Below, one piece after another: positions 1 to 10,943 of a stretch of DNA of 28,165 nt. The DNA is taken from assembly GCA_043228905.1 (NCBI GenBank), contig JBHGNT010000402.1, positions 1 through 28,165 of the forward strand. The letters are read 5' to 3'. The notes below the pieces were generated by a model. It was not told where the DNA came from, ran no database searches, and saw only the letters and a program-made list of their open reading frames with translations. This stretch comes from Azolla caroliniana. Its lineage: Eukaryota > Plantae > Polypodiophyta. Every line of letters starts with the position of its first letter. Within the stretch, counting starts at the first letter, position 1. The translations under genes were made by a program, and so were the position numbers.

Positions 1-300
1 AATTATCACCATGTCATCTTAGAAGAAGGCCATAATGTGCAAGAAATTCTGGACCACAAATAGAGCTTTATGGAAAATCCAAAAGTTTTGTCTTGATTAC
101 CCTTCTTTTGCTCTAATACAAAGCTACAAATAGGGGTCTGATTATGAGAAAATAAAAGTGTATATCCATTGGGCAGAGAAAATAAAATCTTGTGAATATG
201 TATTGCAACTCTGAAGGCATTGGGCAGAGAGCTAGTAGGACGTGAGCTTGATATGAGCAATACATTCATTTAGAAAACGACAAAATGGATTACGCTCAAG

Positions 301-1675
301 TATGTCAAAGCCATGATTTTGGAATGGAGTCCAGACTTTAATACAATGGAGGAGCATAAAAAACGGGCACTCCAATAGTCATTATCGTATGCTTCCCAAA
401 CCTACCCTTCCAAATCCATCATTTGATCCCAAAGTTGGCACACAATATAGGGATGGTATGTATAGAGAAACCTTCATTTGCCGATAAGGTTGCAGAAATC
501 CCCAAGCTTAAGGTGTTGGTTAGGGACATAAAAGAACAGCCAACAGAGATTTGAGTCCACACAGAGGATTTTGGCCTAAGGATGGTGAAGGTTAGCAATG
601 AAGGCTTGCCGGGCCAGTGCTTTGCATGTAAAGAAATGGGTCACAGGGCCAAACAGTGCCCTTTGTATTGGAAGAAAAGAGAAGGCAAAGGAAATCAGGG
701 CACCAAGATGCCCGATAACCCAATTTCGGTGATGGGAGGGCAGAGGATCCTCGCTCATGTTGGGAAGCAAGTCACTGGGGAAGAAGGATGGGTAACGCCC
801 AGGAAAGTGGCTAGGTCTAGCATTCACAATCAAAAGGGTCCTCCTACAAGTGCCAGTTCCAGTTCGAACAAATTTGATATCTTGTCACAAAGGGAAGAGG
901 AACCCCAAGAGGGTGAGATAATTTTGACGACTCCGATTGATTTGCTTCCAAGAGTCGAGACCCTAGAAACACTTGTAGAGCCGTCTGAAAGTCGGGGCAA
1001 GAGATTTTCATCAAACCGAAGAACGGTTAAGGCGTGGATTAGGAAAGGGAAGGACAAGGAAAGTCATGTGAACATGGGTATTAATGAAGTGCAGAAAATG
1101 ATTGCCCAGATTGAGGCTGGAAATCCCTCAATTGTGGGAGTTGACTTTGTTATGATGAAAGATTGGAAGATGCAAGGTATGGAGGTACTGAAGGTCAGAG
1201 TGAACATTGGTACTCCCAAGGAAAGAGTTCATGGTTGGAATAGAGCACAAATGGTCCTCATCAATAGTGACTCTAGTAGACTAGAGATCGGTTGCTCCTT
1301 CGACTTGGAGCCTGATTTGGAAGATGGAAGGGGAGAAGAATCCTCTTTGAAGATGTTCTGTAATAGGGGAACAGTGTGTATGCGATACCTTATACCTGAA
1401 AACGAAGTTAAGGGGTTGCATGCACAATGGAAGAGCTCCCTGATATACATGGGGAGATTCTTGAACTTGGTCCAAATGTTCCCTTGGTTTGCATATGGAG
1501 GGTGCACGATCTTATGCTAAATCCTGGTCAGTTCCACTTCCAGTGTGGTGAATTACCCACTGATCAAAAAAGGGAAATAAGAATGGAGTGGGAAAACATA
1601 TGGAGTATGATGACGACATATTTGTCGAGCAAGGGTGAATCTCCCTTGGCCTTTCTTTTGAACCCAAGTCAATGA
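301..1675 (+). pseudogene. LINE ORF1 remnant (DUF4283-like region plus zinc knuckle)
   Basis: ILEWSPDFN and CFPNLPF-like segments (310-540); NEGLPGQ-CFACKEMGHRAKQC (CX2CX4HX4C, 618-659) in ORF 582..1520; probable frameshifted tail in ORF 1427..1675. Confidence 0.8.
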
Positions 1676-3639
1676 GACTTTTCTCTTGGAATGTGCAAGG
1701 ACTTGGTGGGTCCCATCATCTGCTTGAGAAGCGAATTTTTAGGAAGGAATTTGAAGTTGTTAGCTTATGTAGGAAGATTGATATTTTGCTCTTACAAGAG
1801 CAATACCTTGGCTGAGAAAGGATAGAATTGTTCAACGACTCGTTGCCAGGGGATTGGCACACATGGTGGGCTCTAGCTCACGGCGTACTAGAGAGGAGAG
1901 GTGGAGTCTGTATTTCGGTGAGAAAGTCACCGAATATCGCCATTTTGGACCATGGCATATTGATAGAAGGAAGGGTCATGTTCTGTTACTTGTAATGGAG
2001 GAATGTGAAATTTGGGGTCTTGAATGTCTATGCACCAAATAGTAGCAGTGAGAGGACCTCTTTTTGGAGCGAGCTGGCAAACAAAATTCCCTCTTATGAC
2101 AACTGGATAGTAGCAGAAGATTTCAACATGACTGAGAGTGTCTGGGGGCTCACTCGAACTTGTTACAGGGAGAGGAGCTTAGAGCATGGGGTTTCCTATT
2201 TAATATGCTTGGAATCAAAGATTCTTGGCATTCTAGTATGGTGGTTGAGGAGAACTCCTTGTTGTTTTCACGATTTAGTTGGAAGGAGAGTGAAAGATGT
2301 CATTCTAGATTGGACCACATCTATGTGAGCCCCAAATTTGAGGATTGGAGCGCTTGCACATCCATTCTAATTGGCTTTACTTACTCTGATCACCTTCCAG
2401 TTTCCTTGACTCTCGATCCTATTCATAAGAAGAAGAGTGAGTGCAATTTGAGGATTCCTCCGAAGATTTTTGGTATCTAGAAGGTTAAGGAAGAAGTGAT
2501 TAACATCTGGTCAGCATCTCCATCATTCGACGACCCGTAACATGTATTAGAGGAAATGATTATTAATTCTTCTCATGCTCTTGAGAAAGCGGCTAGAGAG
2601 GAGATGGTAAGGTGTCGTTCCCAACTACAACGCTTGAGGAAGGTAGTCACCTCAACTCAAAAGCTTACGCAAGTGGACCCACGCTGTTCTTGGGCAAAAG
2701 ATAGACTGCAGGAAGCCACAAGGGTGTTGTAGGAGATTGGGCAGCAAAGGGAGCAATTCCTCTTCAGAAAGTCGGCAGCACAGTGGGTTGTCAAGGGAGA
2801 TAAAGTTAAGAGTGAGTTTTTTCTCACCAAGGCTCCAAAACTAAAGGGAAATCCTATTCTAAGTCTTAAGAGAGAGGATGATTCGGTGACAACTGACCAA
2901 GATGAAATCTTGCAAATGGCAACGAAGTATTATAGAGACCTTTTAGCTCCAATGTTGATAGAAGCCCCATTGATTCACTTGATGCATCATGTAGTTGCAT
3001 GCTTGAAGACCAAGATTGGAGAGATAGCCAAATCACAGTTGTCAAAGACCATAGAGAAGGAAGAGATAGGATAGGATTCATAGCAGGGCTTGCCTTGGAG
3101 TTGACGGCCTTCCCAACGCCTTCTTCGTGGAATTTTGGGAGCATATTTTTCCTAGTTTGGAAGCTGGATTCTAGGAAATGTGGAGAACGAGAAGGATTGC
3201 GAGCAGCTTCAATGAAGGATTGATATACATGATTCCTAAATCAGAGAAGGTGTCGCACGAGATTAGACAATGGAGTCCCGTCACCATTTTAAATCTCATT
3301 TATAAAAAAATTGCTAACATACTAGTGCAGAGAGTCAAGCCCTTTCTAGGAGATATCATCCAAACCAATCAAACCGGTTTCATGGAGCATCGATCTATTA
3401 TGGACAATGTGATATTGTTTTGGGAGGTTGTTGCAACAGCAAGGGAGACCAAGCAAAACTTAGCTTATCTGATGTTTGACTTCGAGAAAGCCTATGATTG
3501 AGTGCAATGGTATTTCCTTGAAGAAGTGATGAAGGTGATTGAGCTACCGTGGGAATGGAGGTGTGCTGCTCAAGCCCTATATAAGAATGGCTCAAGTAAG
3601 GCGTTGATTGCAGGGAGGAAAGGAGCTAGAATCTCTCTT
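1672..3639 (+). pseudogene. LINE ORF2 remnant (AP endonuclease plus N-terminal reverse transcriptase)
   Basis: MRLFSWNVQGLG at 1672, IDILLLQE, NVYAPN, WIVAEDFN, SRLDHIY, SDHLPV; RT segments IPK...WSPVTILN..YKKIA, QTGF..RSI.DN, DFEKAYD. Confidence 0.93.
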
Positions 3640-6332
3640 GTTTGTACTCTTTCTTTACAAGATATAAACATTTGAAAGACATCTATGATTCACATTTTTC
3701 CATAGTAGAATAGGCATAGTTAAAAATATCACAATGCATTCTCATGACTTTACATAACTTCTACGTTATGTTGTCCTAATGCAACACTAGCAAAAAACAT
3801 ATTTGTTTTTATTCTTTTCCATGTGGAAAGTTCACTTCCACAAAATAATCAAAGCAAAGATAGAATAGCAGAAGAAATATTTGCTTCCTCCATTATTGAA
3901 TGTGAATGGACCTTTTAAAATGGGGGACTTCTATTGGACAACCATTCACATCTCAAATATAAGGGGATAGATACCCATGTTACTTGTTTCATATTGTTAT
4001 TTCTCTATTATTTTTTTATTTTTTATTCTATTTTATTTTTCAAAAAAAAACTCCTTCCATTAGTTATAAAATTTTACACATGAGATTAGTATATACAAAT
4101 CCCTGTAGGGACACGATAGGTTCATCTTATGTGGATGCCCACCGACTCAATAAAGGGGGAGGACGACCATTGTGTGATGAAGGCTAGTCGTTGTCTTTCA
4201 ACTCCATTAAAGTCACCCTTGAGGCCGTCATATTGGCTCTTTAGAGGGTTACCACTTCACTCCATATCTCTTGCATTAACACTTTATAAGCTCCCTACAA
4301 AAACCAAATAAATAAAGTAGCTTTTAACATTTTACAAACTTTTCGTAAATTTGGCAAGCTTGTTTGTAAGGTACTAGAAAAGTGTCTCTAGCGTAGACTC
4401 ACTCCTTAACTATAGATGTATGTAGCATTAACTTGGCCATAAATAGCATAGAGCTAGAGCTAGCTTTTGTATGTGTAAGTCCACTATTACCTAACCTATT
4501 GAGGTGTTCACAATACATAGTTTAGTCTTCATCCCTACAACACTAAGCTCGTAGTCGTCACACCTACAAATATGGGTGTTGTACAAATACTCTACCTTAC
4601 AAAGAGTTTCTACCCTTGAAACTAAAATTTTGATAACATTTTAGTAAAATGATAATAGCCAATGCCCATAACTATTGTTCTGTTTGAAATGACCTCACCA
4701 TTTTCCCAAGACTTGGTATTAGAACAAATTGAGGTGTCTTTTTATTTGATTTTTCTAGCTTATGATATTAGGCTATGAAATCTTTGAAAGCATAACATCT
4801 AATCATAATATCATCATTTGTTGATCTTCTTTACAAGTTTGCTTATACAAAATATGTAAAACTACATGGGACTTTTTTGTTTCCAAAATGAAGCTACTTT
4901 CCCATCAGTTAGGAAGGATTATTACAAAGAGATTGTACAAGGAGGCTTATACATAAATCAGGGAATCTCCCTCCGATCAAGTTCAAGAAAATGAGACTAG
5001 TTACATCACCTTTCGGACTAACTACTTAATGTAAGTACCTATAGCTAAAAACTACATGGGACTTATTTACTACCAACCAACATTATAAGTTTTATTACGT
5101 AGTGACAAAAATATCCACAAAATCTGGGAGACATCAAAGGGGGGGGGGTGGTTACTTGACAATAATCATATTATTTTCCTCGAATGTAGTCTCCATGCAA
5201 ACCTCACGTTTTACATGTAAAAATATATGTACTTGCTCTTTCAACATAGTCTAAGCAATTGTCTAATTTTTTTTTAAACTTATAGAAATAATATTATCTT
5301 ATGTAATTAACCTTTAGGCTCACTTGAGGTTAAGGGTGGAAAAAACCCCTTAGAACTAGTTTTGAAATGCATGTCAACATGCATAAATTTCTATATATAT
5401 ATATAGAAATATATACATTCCCAAGGCAACTCATTGTCAACACGAATATCACTTGCAAGTTGCAATACCTCTTTCTCAAGGCTTTCAATGTAATCCATGT
5501 AAGCAGTGAGCACTCCACCCAAAACACAAGAATCATATCACACTCGTAGACCTTTCCCTTTAGGTCAGCCATGTACACGAACAATTGGTACATGTAGAAT
5601 GAAATATGCAAATGATGTGAGGAATAGCAAGAAGATTATGAGAATTATGTGCAAAGATACACGTTAGGCAAGACCAACAAGTTTATGGATTACATCAATG
5701 AAACAACACTTTTGAACAATTAAAAGAGGGATTCTATCATATTTTATGGTCTATTATAATAGTTACTGTGTTTTATGGTCTATGATCCATCAATTTTAAT
5801 GAGAGAGAGTGTTTATGGAAGCATCCAATTTAAGGCTCACACTGTCTTTTGTGCATGAAGAGGGAGAGAAGGATAAATAATTATGTAGATTAAACACTCA
5901 CCTAGGCATTGACCAACAACCTCCTTCAAAGTTGGTGACTTTCCATTACTTCCCATTGAAGGGAGGAAAAGTACTTAAGATATTAACCCATGGTGGAATC
6001 ATTCTTTGACTTCTCACAGTCACGCTCCAAACAATCATAATGAGGGAAAGCGTACAAATACGTTTTATACTCAATTAATGTTTTTGTGCACCAAGTGGGG
6101 TAGGCGTCGCTCCCTCATTATCTGAATCCCCCTAACAGAAAGAACCACACATGCAAGTCTCCACGCATGTAGTTCCGTTGGGCCAATTTACTCCACTCCA
6201 TCTTATCAACAATTCCAACTTTTCGGCATTACATGGATATATGTCCCTTGTTGCTCATGCCAAACACCTCTCCTCAAGGAAGCACCAACCTTGTGCATCC
6301 ATTTATTTTAGAATCCTATTCAATAATTTACC

Positions 6333-6775
6333 AATTTCATGACTTTTATTAATGCATGACACTAATCTGACTAAAGTCTTACCTAAAAATATAAGGTGAT
6401 AATAGACTCACATCATAGTATGTAGATTAATCCATTGAACGACATATGTGATCCTTATGTCTTCATTTGTTTCCATTAATGCATGGATGACTCCAAAACT
6501 TGCATTAAAGTCTTAGTTGACTAACCAATCCTCAATTTAGTAGCATCAACCTTAGTAGCAATCTCATGATATTTATTATTGCATGACACTAATATGGCTC
6601 AAGGTTTACTTAGAAATATAAGGGGATACATACACTAACATGTTAATAGTACGTAGATAAATCCACTCAACAAAATATGCTCATTGAGTCATCCTCATGT
6701 ATTCATTTCCATTGATGGATTTGCAACTCCAAAACTTGCATTAAAGTCTTAATTGACCAACCCATTCTCATTTTG
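6333..6775. repeat. Old diverged tandem duplication, two copies of about 210-230 bp
   Basis: Shared blocks TGCATGACACTAAT, AAATATAAGG, GTAGAT.AATCCA and ACTCCAAAACTTGCATTAAAGTCTTA occur twice in the same order. Confidence 0.8.
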
Positions 6776-7839
6776 CTTTTTTTTTTAAAATCCTCATTAT
6801 AGTTGTTTCTCTTAGCTAGTGAGGCTTGTTGTCACAAAAACAAAAGATGCATTACATGTTTATTTGCTACATAATGTTTAGCTGGATTCATTACGGGAAA
6901 AAAGGCTTTAGCATTTATAATGTGAAATTTCCAACTCTTGTTTGATCATAGTAAGTTGTCTACGATAAAAAGCAAGATGTATTAAGAGATAATTATTAGT
7001 CTTTTTTTGTTCAATCCAACGGTGAAATTAATCTTCTTTTAATTGATAAACATGAAGAGAATATCTACTAGTATAAAGGCCTTCAAATATGTATAGATTT
7101 ACACCAATATTGACATTTGTTTTATTATTGTAAGAATATCTTAACCTCGATTTAGGTTTTGCCATTAATATTTAGGAGATACCTACCCTTATTGGTTTCC
7201 TTATATCCCCATTTGAGAAGTAGAAGCTTTTTGAGAACCTAAAAACAATTAATGGCATAAAGTAAAAGGGCACCATTTTGTAATGCTTGTTAACATAAAG
7301 CTAGCTCACTCACGAGTTCGAATGATTATTCTGTATTTTTTAAGAAGATTTCTTAAGAAGAAAAAGTAAACAAAAATTGGTATTGTAATGAAGTTAGAAA
7401 CGATAGCACTAAAATTTTTGTATACTTTTTATTGTGAAAAGGGCTACCATGAGTCACACAAGGTGGAGAATGGTTGGACTCGACAATCGTCGACACATTC
7501 CTAGGCATAAGGGAAGCTTTTTGACATGTGGTCTAGTATTTTACAAGATAATTCGAAAGACTAGATTAGCTTTTAACAAGATCTTTTAGTCTACTAAATC
7601 ATACACATTTTGGAATTTATACATTCATTTGATTATTTAGGCACTTCCATTTTGCTCAGTGCCTTTTGTGAATACAAGTTACACTTTAGCCTTTATTTCT
7701 AACATATTTTTAAAGGGATTCATAAATTAGAGCAAATGGGTGATTCTAGAAGTTGTTTCATAAGGTCTGTCAAATTTAACACGCAAATTCTTGAGACATA
7801 AAAATACATTGAAGTTTGTGGAACTCGACGTGAATGATA

Positions 7840-8102
7840 GTTTGAAATCAAATCTTCAAAATTGCCAGACAAGACATGGACCCATTGTTATGGAAACCAA
7901 TATAATAGAATAAGAGCAAGAACATGTGTTTGAAATGAAATCTTCAAAATTGCCGGACAAGACATGGACCCATTGTTATGGAAACCAATATAATAGAATA
8001 AGAGCAAGAACATGTGTTTGAAATGAAATCTTCAAAATTGCCGAACAAGACATGGACCCATTGTTATGGAAACCAATATAATAGAATAAGAGCAAGAACA
8101 TG
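7840..8102. repeat. Tandem repeat, 3 x 88 bp, nearly identical
   Basis: Units start at 7840, 7928 and 8016 (GTTTGAAATSAAATCTTCAAAATTGCC...GAGCAAGAACATG). Confidence 0.97.
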
Positions 8103-8856
8103 GTATAGTTAGATAAAGTAAATATTTTTGCTATTGTGGAAGCAAAGACCACTTTAACAAGAACAACTGCCACGAGGTGAAGTTTGTTACTATAAAACCT
8201 TTCGAGGACTATTAAAACAAGTGCACTAGAACAAGAACATGACCATGTGCCAAATTCAATTGTCCACCGAATGCATAAAAGAGCACACCTAAGTTAGTAT
8301 CATAATAATCCAAATATAAAACATTTGAACATCTATTCGAGGTCATATCCAACCATCATCAAATTTTCAATTGATAATTTATTTCCCATTTTATTACTTG
8401 CATCTTATAGCAAGATTAAAATGCAATATCCAAAAGCCTCCACGATGTTTTATTTGAATTTCTTTATTTTTTTTCTCTTGGGTAATTTTCAAAATCCTTT
8501 TAAGTGTAACAAAGGGTTGTTAATTTGAGTAATGCGCATCTTGGTAGAGTAAGCTCCTCAAGATGAAGAGAATGTCAACGATGTTAGAAAAAAAAATAGA
8601 AAAAAGAAGAAGTTGTCGATTGAGTTTTGTAGTTGAACCATTGATCATGATAATGTCTGGCTTTTGATCATGGGGATATTTTTGAGTTGCACTCTATTAA
8701 GTGTCATACATGAACTTCTCTTACAAGGATTTTGGTCTCATTCTTGCTAGTTAATGTCCACATGAAGAATGTCAAGTTGGGAAAGTTCTTTTCTCGAGTT
8801 TGTTTGCAAGGAGGGGTACATATTGGGCCCTTTGACTAAATCGGTTCATTCACAAT

Positions 8857-9239
8857 CATAGTTCCTAATATTCGCGTACGTCCAATTTACTGGACGTACG
8901 CGAACGTTTGCAAACGTACGCGTATGATACGCGATATTCGTTTGGCTTTTTTTTTTTTCTTTTGACTTTTTTTTGGTTTTTTTAATTTTTGATATTCATA
9001 ATATTTTGTGAATAGAAGTGACATCTGACACACATACACACTCTCTCTCTCTCTCTCACACGAGAACTGACAGATTTTCTCTCTCTACAAAATCTAGATA
9101 TCTAATATACATATTACATACTCCCTCACACAGACAAAACCCATAGCTCCTCTCTCTCTCTCTCTCTAGAGTCTAGATATACACTCAATCACTGTCTCCT
9201 CACACATGCAAAACAGGGCTTCTCTCTCTAGACCACACA

Positions 9240-9294
<55 letters not shown>

Positions 9295-9463
9295 CCCCTC
9301 ACACACACACACACTATGTACACCATATACACCATATGTATATATAATATATCTATGTACCGCGTATGGATTTCAATCATACTTGGAGCCTTTTCACGTA
9401 TGAGTATGATACGAATATTGGCGTTTGAGTATGACACGAATGGGACGTATGGCTAGAACTATG
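8857..9463. mobile_element. Non-autonomous hAT-type element (MITE 1), 607 bp
   Basis: Perfect 8-bp TSD TTCACAAT (8849-8856 and 9464-9471); TIR CATAGTTC/GAACTATG; CGTA/TACG-rich subterminal motifs. Confidence 0.92.
9242..9314. repeat. (CT)n(CA)n compound microsatellite inside MITE 1
   Basis: Direct reading; shorter CT runs also near 9040 and 9150. Confidence 0.95.
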
Positions 9464-9749
9464 TTCACAATAGAGTTTGGTCAATCATGGTATATATTCC
9501 TATAGCTCCCATGCCATTGAAGGTCACATTATGTCCTCTTTTCTATTTTCTTTTAAAAATCTTACAAATTAAACAAGGTTTTACCTCACTTAGATGTCTT
9601 GTGCTTGTCATACAAGATATTACAAATAAATAATGTAGTGCGTACATTCTAATAATCATGTTATTGCTTTGTTTGTTTATGTGTGTGTTTGTTTGCGAGG
9701 TAGAGCATATTCACCACAGTCTAGAAAGTAGGTTAAGCTTACCTACGTG

Positions 9750-10322
9750 AAGCTATGGGCCTGGTTTTGGCTCAAACCAAACTGAACCATTAAGCCATGG
9801 TTTAACAGTTTATTAGTTCAAAAATAATTAAATGGTTTGGACTATTAATAAACAGTTCGATATTAGTTTGCCTTGGTTCCAAATTTTGGGTCTATTTGTT
9901 TCTAAGTTTAAGTGGGTTGGTTTAAAAGTTTATTGCTTAACTTCTTTTCCCCTTAATGGTTTATTAATTTAATAGTTTAATTAATATTTTTTATTGGTTT
10001 AATTAATTTTACTTAAATATTTATATAAATTAATGGTTCAATTAATGTTTGTTATTGATTTAACAAATTTAACTTAAATGCTTATTTAACTTAATGTATT
10101 TTTGTTTATTTAGTTTTTTAATTAGTTTGACGTAAATGGTTACGTTCAAATTTTTTATTAAATGGTTCGGTTTGGTTTTAAATTTTCCCTAAACGGTTTT
10201 GGTTTAAATGGCTTAAGAGTTCATAAATGGTTTGGTTTGGGTTTTGTTTTATATAAATGGTTTTCTTTTGTTTCAAGGCAAAGAAACTGAACCAAACCAA
10301 AACCAAACTGGGCCCATTGCTA
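9750..10322. mobile_element. Non-autonomous hAT-type element (MITE 2), 573 bp
   Basis: 8-bp TSD CCTACGTG (9742-9749) / CCTATGTG (10323-10330), one CpG-type mismatch; imperfect TIR AAGCTATGGGCC versus TAGCAATGGGCC; many AAACC/GGTTT subterminal motifs around an AT-rich core. Confidence 0.85.
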
Positions 10323-10535
10323 CCTATGTGTATCTACATGTGTATGACCAAAATAACATGCCAATTGCATCATGCCAAACGGCTCCAACGAATCAAGGTT
10401 AAGATTGCATTGCATGACTCTACATAGGTTTTAGATACAAATAATAATCTTATGCTCTATTAATGTTAATGTCTTAATAGTCAACATTTTCTACAACTAA
10501 TCAATTGGTAGTTCTTCCCATGATTAGTTGAAACA

Positions 10536-10884
10536 TGTTGTAAAGAATCGAATGGATTTTGTGTAGCAGAAGAATTGTGTGTGTGTGTGAGAGAGAGAGC
10601 TCACGATTACAGAAAATCAGAAAACTGTATTACAAAGAAAGCAAGAACAACCAACAACTACAACGGGAGGGAGAAGGTGCTTATGTAGTCACCATCTCTG
10701 TAAGTTCTATCACCAGTATAGCCTCTTGGGAAAAAGGTTGTGTCTTAACTACCTAAGGAATATGTGTCATAGGACATTAACTTATATGACGCACTAGTTA
10801 CTATACAAGGAGGTGGGGTGTTCACACACTTGAGTATCCTAGAGTGTGTTCCCACTCACGGGAAGTTGAGTTTAATTCTCAACA
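10536..10884 (-). repeat. 3' LTR of Copia A (349 bp)
   Basis: TGTTG...CAACA termini; minus-strand purine tract TTGAAGGGGCG abuts 10884; partner LTR not in window so left edge is unconfirmed. Confidence 0.75.
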
Positions 10885-10943
10885 CGCCCCTTCAAACACA
10901 ACTTCCAGATGGTGGGTTCGGATTGGTCTCCGGATCATCACGA

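Larger units (their letters stand above)
1..3639 (+). mobile_element. Degenerate L1-clade LINE, truncated at the 3' side within RT; 5' end probably outside the window
   Basis: ORF1 with CCHC knuckle, then APE endonuclease motifs and N-terminal non-LTR RT motifs in colinear order, with many stops and frameshifts; abrupt switch to AT-rich DNA near 3640. Confidence 0.93.

Noticed and set aside
3900-3951. 10-bp inverted repeat as a pre-miRNA or MITE
   Set aside because: Stem too short, unpaired interior, no TSD
4905-5040. Possible exon bounded by CAG and GTAAGT
   Set aside because: The frames I translated contain stops and give no recognisable product
5410-5575. Protein-like minus-strand stretch (SCVLGGVLTAYMDYIESLEKEVLQLASD) as a host exon
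   Set aside because: Under 50 codons, bounded by stops, no recognised family or convincing splice structure; a BLASTX search would settle it
6037-6121. 11-bp inverted repeat ATAATGAGGGA/TCCCTCATTAT
   Set aside because: No clear TSD or extended pairing; compatible with chance or a very old remnant
7840-8102. CRISPR-like array
   Set aside because: Units are head-to-tail with no unique spacers, no cas genes, and the context is eukaryotic
9206-9437. SLSLSL and RERERE ORFs
   Set aside because: Translations of the CT microsatellite
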